NCBI GenBank assembly: GCA_964016885.1
Contig: OZ024748.1
Coordinates: 59,396,001 to 59,460,000 of the forward strand
Reading direction: 5' to 3'
Length of the DNA: 64,000 nucleotides
DNA from: Eledone cirrhosa
Taxonomy: Eukaryota
The notes beneath the pieces were generated by a model that made no database searches, was not told the DNA's origin, and saw only the letters and a list, made by a program, of their open reading frames with translations. A program made the position numbers and the translations under genes. This document shows, one piece after another, positions 1 to 12,210 of the stretch; position 1 is the first letter of the stretch; the number at the start of each line of letters is the position of its first letter.

Positions 1-699
1 TCAAACTTATATGAGTTTCAGAGAAAACAACAAAATCATTTTTAGTAAATTTATGAGTAAATTCTTTTTTCTGAAAAATGTCTTTGTAAAACCATGGGGC
101 ATCATATTTGGCATCAAATAGGCCAAAAATATGGTAATTAATCACTTTAATAAGTCCCTTAATATTCTTCATTAAATTAATTGGAATATAGTGTATTTCA
201 TCAGTTAGCTCATCTAACCCATGCTTACATGGAAAATAGACATTAGATGATGTTGATGATGATGATTATATGTAAAGTTACTACGTTAGTAATAAAATAA
301 TCAATCATTTTAATGTCCCTTAAAATTCTTCATTAATCAATTAATTAAAATAGAGAATATCTCATTAAACATATGGCCAAGAAAAGGTTAACACCAACAC
401 CTGGACCTTTGGTGCCGTTAGCAGGGTCCACTCTCTTGCATGTATTTAGGCCAAATCTCTGGATTAAGGATACCTTCCCTACTCCAAACAGTGACAGGGA
501 CTCTGAAAATGCCTATAGGTACTGACCTTCCCTCCCTATACAATAGCAAAAAAAAAGACAGTCAATGCATTTAATCAAAACTTTTATCTTAGAGGCAAAT
601 ATTTTGCAAACTGTTACAATTATGGCTATCACAGGTACACCCCCTACTCCCCTCTCTCAAGCTAACAGTTTGGAATAACATTTTTTTTTCAGGGGAGGT

Positions 700-992
700 G
701 GGGGATGGTGACAGTGGTGGTGGCGGTGGTGGCAGCAATGGTAGTGATGATAAATGGAAGGTAACAGTGGTGATGGTGGTAATGGTGGTGATAGAAACAG
801 CAGTTATAATGGTAGTGGTAATGGAGACAGTGGTGGTATTGATAGTGGTGAAAGCAATGATAGTGATGATAAATGGAAGGTAGCAGTGGTGAATGTGATG
901 GTGGTGCTGGTAGTGGTGACAGAAGCAGCAATTGTAATGGTGGTGGTGGTGGAGACAGCAGTGGTGGTGTTGGAGGCGATGATGATGATGAC
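700..992. repeat. Degenerate (GGT/GAT)n field containing a ~120-bp duplication
   Basis: agcaatg(g/a)tagtgatgataaatggaaggta occurs twice (~734 and ~854). Confidence 0.8.
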
Positions 993-1209
993 CAGTACTG
1001 TGTTAGTAAAGACAATATTTCAAAGAGTTACATTAATTCTCACCAGGTCTTCCAGATCCTCCAGTATTTCGATCTTTTTTTTTTCTTTTCCTTCCCTAAA
1101 TTGCAATTAAGACCCCCACCCCACCACCCACTCAACCCTTCCCCCTTCGAAATTAATTGGATAGAACCAGTAAATCACTTTAATTTATAACCAGTTTCAC
1201 TTGATAAAC

Positions 1210-1267
1210 ATGATGGTGATGATGGTGGTGGTTGTAATGATGGTGACGCTGGTGGTGGTTGTAATGA

Positions 1268-1298
<31 letters not shown>

Positions 1299-1520
1299 TG
1301 TAGTCGTGATGGTGGTGGTGGTGATGGTGGTGATAGTAGTGGTGATGGTGGTGGTAGTAGTGGTGATGGTGGTGTTGGTGGTGGTTGTAATAATGATGAT
1401 GGTGGTGGTAGTGGTTGTAATGATGATGATGGTGGTGGTGATGGTGGTTGTAATGATGGTGGTGGTGCTTGTGATGATGATGGTGGTGGTGCTTGTAATG
1501 ATGATGATGTTGATGATGAG
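1210..1520. repeat. (GGT/GAT)n compound microsatellite
   Basis: Seen directly; explains the poly-His, poly-Thr and poly-Val ORFs. Confidence 0.95.
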
Positions 1521-2019
1521 TGAACAAGCTATGTCAGCTGTTACATCTTCAAAACTCACTCTCTCTCACACACACACACACACATTTATCAATATCACAT
1601 ATGCTCCACATTCTCCTTATATGACACTCCACCAATCCAATGTCTGTCCATCCCCCCCCCCCCCAAAAAAAAACATGCATGCATATATACAGAGATCTAG
1701 TCAGCCATATTGACCCAATATTTTATCGATCCCTATTTGTCAAACCTCTATGTTATGGTACAAGACACACACACATCAGCAGCAGCATTTTTATATCAAA
1801 TTTTCCATGCTGGCATGAGATGGGACCTCTTGAGGCAATGTTTTACAGCCCTTCCCAAAACCAACCCTTTTAGTAACCTCTTACGAACACACGGGGATAT
1901 GGTGTACCTATTCTGAATACACATGATACACCCAACACACACATACACACAATATGCCTCCACAGTTTCCATCTAGTAAATTTCACTTGAAAGGCCTCTG
2001 TAGTGTTGGTGATCTGCAC

Positions 2020-2294
2020 AAACGCACCCAGTACACATTGTAAAGTGGTTGGTGATTGGAAGGGCACCCAGTCATAGAAAGAATTGGGAACATTATTGTT
2101 GTCAAAGACATAACAACCTCTCCTGTGCACTCGGTGGAATGTGAGACTGCAAGACACAGAGACCTGGCCATTCTGGGAGACCAGTGGCTCGACTTCAGTG
2201 CTGACTAGGTCTAAATAGACACATCCAACCCTTGCTAGCAGGGAAAGCGGACGTTAAAATGATAACGATAACAATGATGACAATGATGATGATG
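2020..2294 (+). mobile_element. Old RTE-type 3' tail fragment
   Basis: cacccagtacacattgtaaagtggttggtgattggaagggcacccag ... ttgctagcagggaaagcggacgttaaaatgat..(gat)n, like the other tails in the window. Confidence 0.6.
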
Positions 2295-2304
2295 AAAGCA
2301 TTGG

Positions 2305-2868
2305 TTAACCCATTAACATTTACATTACTTAATCATCATCATCATTTTACGTCTGCTTTTCCCTGCTTGCAAGGGTGAGACGGGAACTGATTCTGGCTTG
2401 ATTTCTACAGCTGGATGCACTTCCTAACACCAACCTCATTTACAGTGAGTGCTGGGTGCTTTTTTGCCGTGGCACCTCCACGACCACTTTGCAGTGGAAT
2501 GATAGGGACCCAATCCCTATCATCTCATTTCTACAGCTGAGTAAACTGGAGCAATGTGAAATAAAGTGTCTTGCTCAAGGAAACAACACATCACCCGGTC
2601 TGAGAATTGAACTCACAACCTTTCGATTGCAAGGCCAATGCTCTAACCACTAAGCCATGTGCCTCCATATTAATATTTACTATTATATTTTCACGGTAAA
2701 GGCTTTACTTCATAATTATCTCACATAATATTGAACCTATGAGATTTTGATATTTATTTTGAGAACAATACCTTAACATCAGTATAAACGACCAGTTACA
2801 GCCGGTTTCAACAGAGAGAAGTGATGAATTCTGGCCAGATATGGCTGGTTTAAATGCTAAAGGATTAA
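2305..2868 (-). mobile_element. TTAA-flanked piggyBac-like MITE (~215 bp) interrupted by a SINE
   Basis: Ends TTAA-CCCATTAACATTTA and TAAATGCTAAAGGA-TTAA; the two halves match the reverse complement of the copy at 42225-42440. Confidence 0.75.
2333..2666 (-). mobile_element. Full-length tRNA-derived CORE-SINE with RTE-derived tail (type A)
   Basis: Minus strand: A box TGGCTTAGTGG, B box GAGTTCAATTC, CORE-like CCTTGAGCAAGACACTTTATTTCACATTGCTCCAGTTTACTCAGCTGTAGAAATG, tail ending (GAT)n. Confidence 0.9.
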
Positions 2869-3580
2869 ACTGTGTCTATAACAGAAGCCACGTAGTTTCT
2901 CAAGGCAAACTCCTTAACTACACAGCCATGCTGGTGTGATTCTAGTTAAATTATATATGACAGATGCTGATAGACAGCCATTCAACAGGCAGTATTATTT
3001 CAGGAACAGTCAGCATTAAATATGCTAAATAGCCAATTATCTGAAAGCAGATTTCTCTAAAGACATGTGTACATGTGTGTGCATGTGTGTATATGTATAT
3101 ATATATGTGTGTATGTGTGCATGTATGCATGTGTGTAATGTGTCAATGAATCTGGCTTTATCTCTCTTTAAATATGTATACACATACCTTACACACTTTG
3201 CAAATATAAGCACACAAGCATATACACATTGTCACATACACACACACTTGCACATATACATATAGATACACACATAAAAAAAGACATTTACATACATACA
3301 GCTACTTTGCTTCACTAAGAATATGGGTTTTTAATGCAGCAAGCAGTCGATTTCTTTTTAAATAATTAATCCCTGCACATCTCACAAGGAGTCTTAGAGA
3401 AAGCTGCTGTTTATTTCAGTAGTATTAATAATACAAGATAAATCACCCCCTGGATAGAATGCTAGTCAACAGAAAATAAACCTTTTAAGTAACCTTATTT
3501 TAAATGAAAAGCACTGTTTTTAGTTTTCAAATAATTTAGAGGGATTTACTAACATAGCTAAATGTATTATTATTAAGCTG

Positions 3581-3772
3581 GTAAATTGGCAGAATCGGTA
3601 GAGCGTCAGACGACATGCTTAACATCATAGAGTAATGACCCTTTATGTTCTGAGTTCAAATACCACCAAGGTTAGCTTTGCTTTTCCCCCTTACGGAGTC
3701 AATAAGATAAAATACCAGTAATGCACTGGGGTTGATCTAATCGACTTTCCCTTTCCCCCAAAATCAGAAACC
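3581..3772 (+). mobile_element. Meta-domain SINE with ~15-bp TSD, nested in a TTAA MITE remnant (~3480-3932)
   Basis: ttggcagaatcggtagagc...gagttcaaat...ataaaataccagt; attattattaagctg on both sides (3566 and 3773). Confidence 0.8.
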
Positions 3773-4142
3773 ATTATTATTAAGCTGATGTTTGGAACAT
3801 AAATTAACAAAGTTTCTTACTAAAAATTATGTTTGCATGATTTTAGATAAATACAAATACTTTAGATGAATATAAATAGTTTTGTAGCATAGAACCAGCG
3901 ATGGTTTCTGATGGTTTGGGATCAAAGGTTAATGAAGTTTAATAACCATTCTCCAAGACAATACCATTGCTGTATAATCTGCAGGGCCCAGCTGAAGCAC
4001 TGCTCAGACTGGGATGTAGAGTCTGCCATTCCCTTCTTATCTCCATTTCTTTCATTGCTTAACCCTTTCATAACCGTATTTCAATTAATTAATGAAGAAT
4101 TTTGAAGAATTTACTAAAATTATTCATTATTTCATTACTAAG

Positions 4143-4252
4143 TTCAAATCCCGCCGAGGTTAACTTTGCCTTACATCCTTACGGGGTCGATAAAATATAA
4201 AGTACCAGTAATGCACTAGGTAATTGCTGGCCTTGTGCCAAAAGTAGAAACA
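4143..4252 (+). mobile_element. 5'-truncated Meta-domain SINE with 17-bp TSD, nested in a TTAA MITE remnant (4059-4372)
   Basis: cccgccgaggttaactttgccttacatccttacggggtcgataaa...aaagtagaaac; attatttcattactaag at 4126 and 4253. Confidence 0.85.
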
Positions 4253-4504
4253 ATTATTTCATTACTAAGAGAGTAACTTATTGTAAGATTCTTGTAATAT
4301 TATGTTGGAAGATTTTAAATTAAATTGTAGAACCAGATACGGCTTTGGCTGGATTGGCATCAAAATGGTTAATTCTTTTTTTCTAACTTTTTTCCCTGCC
4401 ATGTATGTTCTACAGTTGTTTTTTTTTACTACTGGATATTTATCTAAAACACTTTCCATCACAATTTTATGTAATAACCTTATATTTACACCAACTTAAT
4501 GATT

Positions 4505-4710
4505 TCCAATTTAGGCCCAAAACCAGCAATTTGTGGGGAGGGGATGATGACTATAGCAACACCAGTACTTTACTGGTACTTTATTTTACTTTTCCCCCAG
4601 AAGAACGAAAGGCAAAGTTGACCGTGACATGATTTAAACTCGGAATGTGAAGAGCAGCAACAAATATCACAAAGCCTTTTATCCAATATTTTGACAATTC
4701 TGCCAATCTA
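4505..4710 (-). mobile_element. Degenerate Meta-domain SINE
   Basis: ctggtactttatttt...gaaaggcaaagttgacc...gatttaaactc...ttctgccaat. Confidence 0.7.
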
Positions 4711-5081
4711 AAACCCTATACCAACTTAATAATAAAAAGTTAGTTTGTTTACAAAAATCCTTCCAAAATTCTTGATTAGTTTCAAAAGTATCTGAGAATT
4801 ATAGGCAGCGCTTTCATTAGAAATGTGCTAACAAAAGGGTTAACAAAATATACCAGAATAAGTTTAAAAAAAAGAAAAAGAAGGACCAACTGAAAAGATT
4901 GTTTAAGGACACTGTCGTCGTCGTCTCCCCCCCCCCCCCCGCGACCCTCTCAGGAATAAGTGGGAGGAGGGCAAGGATAAGAAGGGGGAGGATGAGAAAA
5001 GAAAAAAGAAAAAGGTGAAGGTCATGGGTACTGTATTTCCCCACAAATTAAATTGCCCAACCACACTCACAAAAAGGAAGA

Positions 5082-5123
<42 letters not shown>

Positions 5124-5277
5124 GGAAGACAGACAGACAGATTGACAGAGACAGAAAGAAAAATACAGCTAAAATATTTTCATTTAAATTTTAGTTATTT
5201 GAAAGAAGATCACTGTTCCATTGTCTGTCATTTATTATGGAACAAGTGAAGCAGATGCGACTGGTATTGTTACAACA

Positions 5278-5568
5278 CACCACCACCACCACCATTGCCA
5301 CCACAACCACCACCACCATTGCCACCACAGCCACCAATGTCACAACCACAGCCACCACCACCACCACCACAGCCACCAATGTCACCACCACCACAGCCAC
5401 CAATGTCACCACCACCATTGCCACCACCACCACCACCACCATTGCCACCACCACCACCACCACCACAGCCACCAATATCACCACCACCACAACCACCACT
5501 ACCATCACCACCACAGCCACCACCACCACCATTGCCACCACCACCACCACCACCACCACTACCACCAT
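5278..5568. repeat. (ACC)n compound microsatellite
   Basis: Seen directly. Confidence 0.95.
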
Positions 5569-6288
5569 TCTCTGATTGAAATTATAATTATCAAAATGAT
5601 TCAAGAAGGGTGGTGGGGTGATAAAGCAGAAAGAATTTGTTTTAATGGGTTTGGGTGAGAAGGGAGTTGTACTATTTAATGGGGTTGAGGAGGATGAGAA
5701 GGGAGTTCCACTATTTAGAATATGTCAGTAGATCTCTCCTATATCTGTCTTCAGGTAGGAATTTCTTCCTTTGATTCCTAGTGCTCTGGGACAATACCAC
5801 CACTACTACTACAAATACCACCACCACCACCACAAGCCACTTCCCTCCCTCCTAAATATTTAGAAAATATTTTGGAAAAACAGTGGAGAGAGATTAGAGA
5901 GAGAGAAGATGGGGAAAGGGAGAGAAGAAAACAGAGAGAGGGAAAGAGAAAGGAGAGAGGGGAAGAGCAAAGAGAGGGGTTCAGAGAGAGAGAGGAGAGT
6001 GAGGGGGGGGTGAAAGAGAGAGAGAGGGAAATGAAATGAGTCAGACAAAATTGCTTTATGTAGGAAATGGAAGTGATCCAGCAACTGAGAATGAAATTCT
6101 TTTGAAAGATTTTAGTTGAGCAACATTTCTTTCTTGGATATTTCCAGGAAGAGATTTGACTTGAAATTGGGTGGTGAAACAAAAACATTGGATTTTCATC
6201 CACCCAGTACACTCTGTAAAATGGTTAGTGATAGCTAGGGCCTCCAGCTGCAGAAAATTTGCCAAATAAAGGAGTTAGAAGGACTCTT

Positions 6289-6683
6289 CAGTTGTGCTCA
6301 GTTCAGTTAAGTTGATCCAAGGTTATAGTTGAGTCCACTTACCCAAGGTGTCACATACAGCTGTGTTTAGTTCAGTTAAGTTGATCCGAGGTTATAGTTG
6401 AGCCCATTTACCCAAAGTGACACATACAGTTGTGTTTGGTTCAGTTAAGTTGATCCGAGGTTATAGTTGAGCCCATTTACCCAAAGTGACACATACAGCT
6501 GTGTTTGGTTCAGTTAAGTTGATCCAAGGTTATAGTTGAGCCTACTTACTCAAGGTGACACAGAGTTGTGTTCGGTTCAGTTATGTTGTTCCGACGTTAT
6601 AGTTGATCCCACTTACCCAAGGTGACACATACAGCTGTGTTCGGTTCAGTTAAGTTGATCCAAGGTTGAGCCCACTTACCCAA
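6289..6683. repeat. 69-bp minisatellite, ~6 units
   Basis: Unit cagYtgtgttYggttcagttaagttgatccRaggttatagttgagcccayttacccaargtgacacata starts at 6289, 6358, 6427, 6496, ~6563 and 6632. Confidence 0.95.
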
Positions 6684-6731
6684 TCTAATAGAGGTGTTTC
6701 TCAGTCCTATCATGATAAGCAATGTGAAATG

Positions 6732-6950
6732 ATGTTGCCATGGCTATAACATTGCCTCTTCAATGTTGTCATGACAACAGTGTTGCCTCTTCTATGTTGC
6801 CACGGCTATAACATTGCTTCTTCCATGTTGCCACAACTACAACGATGCCTCTTCCATGTTGCCACACCACAGCAACAGTGATGCCTCTTCAATGTTGCCA
6901 TGACTACAGTGATGGTTTTTCCAAGTTGCCATGACAACAGCACTTCCTCT
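6732..6950. repeat. Degenerate ~31-bp tandem repeat, ~7 units
   Basis: tgttgccatgRcWacaacattgcctcttc recurs about every 31 bp. Confidence 0.85.
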
Positions 6951-7383
6951 CCAATAATATTACTTCAAGGATTCTTTCTTTCTTCAGCAGTCTTCACCAT
7001 AAACACAGCTGATCAGTAACAACAGGTATGACTGGATCATGCTTTATTGATTTCAACTGACTCGAAACTAAAATAGATCCTGGCTCCTTCTGAAATCAGA
7101 CCAACCAGAAGAAGGGCCAAACAGCATATTTAGCTAATTTTTTGGTATTTTACAGAGCTGTGAAATCATGCAGGCATTAATTTCAACTCTTCTTATTCAC
7201 AACTACATTGCTTCTTTCCAGGGACTATGTGTGTGTATATATGTATGTGCCTATGTGCATATATGTGTGTGTGTGTGTGTGTGTGTATGTGCATATATGT
7301 TTGTGTGCTTGCTCTTGTGTGTAACTATGTGCCTGTGTTCATATATATGCGTGAACGTATGTGTGTGTGAACCTGCGTGTTCT

Positions 7384-7415
<32 letters not shown>

Positions 7416-7989
7416 AAGGATTGAAATTTTCTAGACCAGGGATTCCTAAATTCTTTTCACATTTCTGCTCCCATACATAGCTCAACACTTCACTAATGCC
7501 ACCCCAACTCCACCCCCACCCCAAACAGAAGACTGAGGTTACATGACTCTCCCTATATGGCACTATGTAAAGTGCACTAAGCAGCACCTTATATTGGAGT
7601 AATACTGCTTATATATCTGAAATTGTGCATCTGCTACACACACACACACACACAGAGAACAGACACACACACACAATGGTGAAAACAGAAGACTGGGTCA
7701 CACAATCCCATGTCAGATAGTAAAACCAGTAATCTTTAATGATCTGGGGAAGTGGGAGCAGTTATATACAAACCCAAAATCTCTTTAGAAGTGGCTTCCA
7801 CTTTAAATGTTCCTGAAGCTATCTTTTTGTTACCATGGAAACCACAGAATTAAACCACCATGATCAAGAAGGTCAGACATTTCTGTCACCATAGAAACTG
7901 CATGCTTTCTACTAAAACTCATCTTAGCCACACTTATGATCAGATAATCCCATAGTGATAAAGTTAAAATCTATTCCCCAAGACACCAG

Positions 7990-8130
7990 ACCGGTTTTTA
8001 TCTCGTTTCATTTCTCAATGGCATAAAGCAACTAAGTGTACAAGACTTTCCCCTGAACAGAATGATAGTCCATTGTCGAGTTAACTCCCCCACCTACTAC
8101 TGATGCTGGTACACATTTTCAGCTGAGTGT
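7990..8130 (-). mobile_element. Old SINE fragment (CORE end plus a different tail, type D)
   Basis: Reverse complement reads actcagctgaaaatgtgtaccagc...caatggactatcattctgttcagggga...gttgctttatgcc...gagataa. Confidence 0.5.
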
Positions 8131-8479
8131 TGTGCTGTGAAAAGAGACATGTTGTCCTTTTCTCTAGAAATGAAAAATGGTTAAGTAGAGGGTTGGCTAA
8201 CATTTCACATAGGAAAATAAAAACAAAAACTCTTATGCCTCTAGAACTGACAAAGGACACCCAGGGAAAATATATTTAGCTCACTTAACGAACCATAGAT
8301 TTAACATTTGCAGTCATGTAAACAGCTCATATGTGCTGGTCTTCTAGATAGGATGACTTCAGTAAGGCTTACTGAGTCTACAGCTCATCTGTGTAGCATT
8401 ATTTAAAGTTACTTGTCTCCTAGACAAGTTACCTTCACTGTGGCTTACAGCTTTCATGTCTCCTTTGTGCAGATTTTAT

Positions 8480-8698
8480 TTAACCCTTTAGCATTTAAAT
8501 CAACCATATCCGTCCAGAATTCTCTCACCTCATTCTGTTCAAACCTGCCATAGCCGTCCACTCATACCAATGATAAGGTTATTGTTCTCAAAATAAATGA
8601 TACCAAAATCTCGTAGATTTGAAATTATGTGAAATAAAGCCTTTACCACAAAAATACAAAAGTATATATAGAGAGTAATGTAAATGCTAAAGGATTAA
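8480..8698 (+). mobile_element. Complete TTAA-flanked piggyBac-like MITE
   Basis: TTAA|CCCTTTAGCATTTA ... TAAATGCTAAAGGA|TTAA terminal inverted repeats; four copies in the window. Confidence 0.85.
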
Positions 8699-8894
8699 AT
8701 CTCAACCATTTCATTATCATTTTTCATACGAAAGACACTGTCGATGGTTTTCAAATCGTTTTGAAAATAATCAAGAATTTGGAGAGATTTAGTAATATAA
8801 CTAACTTCCTCATTATGTTGGTTTTTGGAACATAAACAAAAGTCTCGAGATAACATTACGATGTAGAAAGTGTTTAGATATTGTCGTCACCGTA

Positions 8895-9088
8895 GGCTTC
8901 CTTCAGTCATGAATGAGCATTGTTTTGCACCTGGAAAATTCCCCTCCGAGACACAACCCTGGGCAATGTGTGTTTGTGGAAGACCAACAGTTGCCCATGC
9001 ATGTCAGTCTCCCATTTCCACGCCACCAATATTGTCCAAGAGAAAGGCAAAGGCCAATACAACTCGGCACAAGTGTTATCACAACTCA
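8895..9088 (-). mobile_element. CORE-SINE tail type C fragment
   Basis: cttccttcagtcatgaatga...ttgtccaagagaaaggcaaaggcc...caactca; homologous to 56335-56520 and joined to CORE at 9730-9855. Confidence 0.7.
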
Positions 9089-9107
9089 CATATACACTAT
9101 ATATATA

Positions 9108-9318
9108 CCGCAAGGTGGTCGTTGAGGTGCCACGGAAAAAAAGCACCCAGCACTCACTGTAAATGAGGTTGGTGTTAGGAAGGGCATCCAGCTGTAGAAA
9201 CCAAGCCAAAGCCAAATCAGTTCCTGTATGAGCAAGGCATGGTCAGCCGACCAGACACTGCCCACAACAGGACAACCCGTCTAACCCATGCTAGCGTGGA
9301 AGAACGGACGTAAAACGG

Positions 9319-9348
<30 letters not shown>
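9108..9348 (+). mobile_element. RTE 3' UTR / SINE tail, 5'-truncated
   Basis: One 49-nt module, then gttaggaagggcatccagctgtagaaa, then ccatgctagcgtggaagaacggacgtaaaac(gat)n. Confidence 0.85.
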
Positions 9349-9349
<1 letters not shown>

Positions 9350-9465
9350 ATATATACTTTGTTTTTGAATTTGTTTTGCAAGATTTCTTATCAGAAAATG
9401 TGTGTTGAAACAGATATTGTTTTACTTTGGCAGGGTATATATATATACACACAATATATATACAC

Positions 9466-9504
<39 letters not shown>

Positions 9505-9643
9505 TGTTGTCCAAGGGAAAGGCAAAGGCTGATATGGCTTAGCACCACTGTTATCAAAACTCATATATATAATAATGTATATATATATATATCCAGTCTA
9601 ACCCATGCTAGAATGGAAGATGGACGTTAATCGAAGATGATGA

Positions 9644-9682
<39 letters not shown>

Positions 9683-9729
9683 AATGCTAACGTGGAAGAT
9701 AGACATTAAATGATGATGATGATATATAC

Positions 9730-9855
9730 AATGTTGTCCAAGGGAAAGGCAAAGTCCGATCCAGACTGGCACCAGTGACATTGCAACTCATTTCTACATT
9801 GAGTAAACTGAAATAACATGAAATAAAGTGTCCTGCTCAAGGACACAGCATGCCA
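9730..9855 (-). mobile_element. CORE-SINE type C fragment (CORE-to-tail junction)
   Basis: ttgtccaagggaaaggcaaag...caactcatttctacattgagtaaactg...aataaagtgtcctgctcaagg. Confidence 0.75.
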
Positions 9856-11072
9856 CAAATAGCTTTGTATAGCTGAACCAAAGGTCGTTTCAGGTGGCTT
9901 GGTAGCAAAAGGGTTAAAACTACTAATAAAATAAGTATTGTTCAAAATACTCGCAAGTGTTTTTGTGCTTCGTTAGAATCAGCCAAATTCTACTCACTTA
10001 TGACAGGAATAAACTTCAAATTGCATGATTGTGTCTACAACAACAATTATGTCGACAAACCTGTTAACATTAGAATGCTAACTACATTAATTAATATAGT
10101 ATCAAATAGGCAGTTATATAATATATATATATATATATAAATGTGTATATGTGTGTATACATACATACATACAAACAAATAAACATGTATACATTCATAT
10201 GCACTAGATAGCATACATGTACATACAAACATACTGACTACAAATACATACACAAACATGTGGATGTATATATAAATATATATTTATATATATTTGTTTG
10301 TGGATGTATAAGTACATATATGTATGTATATATGTATCTGCATGTACATGTATATTTAGAGTAGGTATGTTTGTTTTTATGTATGTTGTATATTTAGTGT
10401 ATATGAATACTTATATACCTATATGTACAAACACATAAATATATATATATATGTAATTGTACACACATACACATATATATACATATACTCATACACACAT
10501 ATATATATATATACATATACTCATACACACATATATATACATATACTCATACACACATATATATATATACTCACACATATACACATAGACACACACACAC
10601 ATATATATATACATAAACACACACGTTATATATGAAGGGTGGTGCCCCAGCATGGTCTCAGCCGGATGGCTGGAACAGGTAAAAGAGTAAAAGCGTATAC
10701 ACACATATACTCACACACACACACACTTATACATACATATATATAAGCCATTATCATAATGAATGTTTCCAGCTTCCAATATCACTGAAGTTAAAAGGAC
10801 TCACTCACCCACTCACCTCCCATTACCCACCTAACTGACATGAGTGTTAACAGAGTCTAAATATTCCTATCTTAAAACCTCATTCCAAGTGCTTCCCAAA
10901 CTCTGAAAACTTACAAGGATTAACTTGCTGTTATCAGAATTTATGGTTAGAATAGCTTTTCCATAATTGTTTTCATTCTTTCATTGCTTTTAGTTATTAG
11001 AGTGTGGCCATGCTGGAGCACCCCACTGAAGGGAAGGGATTTAGTTGATCATATAAACCCTGATATATATAG

Positions 11073-11190
11073 AAGAGGGAGACCGTAGTTGACATATGTT
11101 GATGCCCTAAGGACATGGCGGCAATGATGTAGGGCAGAGACCACTGGAGAGAACTCATCCATGGATCTCGGGAATTTTACCCGCCCTAGA
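11073..11190 (+). mobile_element. Short LINE ORF2 C-terminal remnant
   Basis: Translates with stops and a frameshift as GRP*LTYVDAL..DMAAMM*GRDHWRELI, like RTE-group C-termini (GRP..T..D.../DR..WR). Confidence 0.5.
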
Positions 11191-11204
11191 TATATATATA
11201 TATA

Positions 11205-11410
11205 AATGGTAAACAGAAATAACAATACAATTGGTACAGTATATAGAAGGAATATATTAGGTTAACGCCTAAAATAGCAGGAAGATGGTCTTAATGTTTT
11301 GGATGTTAGTCCTTCATCAGAAGAAAGAATAAAAAATTAGAAAGATTGAAAGGACGGGCGGGGTGGAATTGGAAAAAATGTTTTTAGAGAAAAATAACAG
11401 GTCCATTCAT
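11205..11410 (-). mobile_element. Penelope-like terminal-repeat fragment with a decayed hammerhead
   Basis: Reverse complement matches 39575-39781; reads tcttCTGATGAaggactaacatccAAAAcattaaga. Confidence 0.7.
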
Positions 11411-11631
11411 ATATATATATATATATACACACACACATTATAATCAAAGTGTGTATACATTTTTTAGGACACCCTGTATATATATATATATAGATATATA
11501 TATATTTTATTTTTCAAGCCTGGGACTTATTTTAATGATCTCTTTTTGTCAAACTGTTAAGTTACAAGACATATACAACAAAGTAAATGGAGACACATCC
11601 ACACATTGTGTGTGTGTGTAAGTGTGTGTGT

Positions 11632-12128
11632 AAAGAACTAAAGAATAAGTTCTGACTATGGAAACAGAACTTGGAATCAAAAGGTCTGAAAGTAAATTTA
11701 GCCAAAACTAAATTACTAGAAAGTAGGAAAGATACTAGGACACTGATTCCCTCAGGGAAGTGGCCCTGTTCAATATGTAGAAAAGGAGTAGGCATAAACT
11801 ATATACAATACACACTATGTAAATCTTGGATACACAAGAGATGTAGTGGGATAACAGGTTATCTAATAGGAAAGGAAGGCTTTGTATGTAGAAGATGTAC
11901 AGGAGTAATTGAAGGGAAGAGAGTCAGTGATATAAACCTTTTCCAATACCATAAAGATTCCATAGAACTGGTTGATAGCTTCTGCTATCTAGGCAAGTTA
12001 ATTAGCAGCAGAGGAGGGTGTTCTGAGAGCATAATAGTTAGAATAATGTTAGGATGAAAGAAGTTTAGAAAGCTACTCCCACTGTTGACAACAAAAGGTT
12101 TCTCACTGCATACAAAAGGACGACTGTG
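11632..12128 (+). pseudogene. RTE LINE RT 3' part with an inserted PHD-like zinc finger, decayed
   Basis: LESKGLKVNLAKTK...WPCSICRKGVG...CKSWIHKRCSGI...FVCRRC...VDSFCYLG...G*KKFRKLLPLLT; in-frame stops. Confidence 0.9.
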
Positions 12129-12210
12129 TGTGAAGTGCAATGCTGCATGCTTTAACCCTTTCATCAGTGTATGCACTATTGTTAACGTTTCTATCCATTT
12201 TTCCATAAAT

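Noticed and set aside
2312-2682. attaacatttac / attaatatttac as a SINE target-site duplication
   Set aside because: Both strings belong to the host MITE and do not directly abut the SINE.
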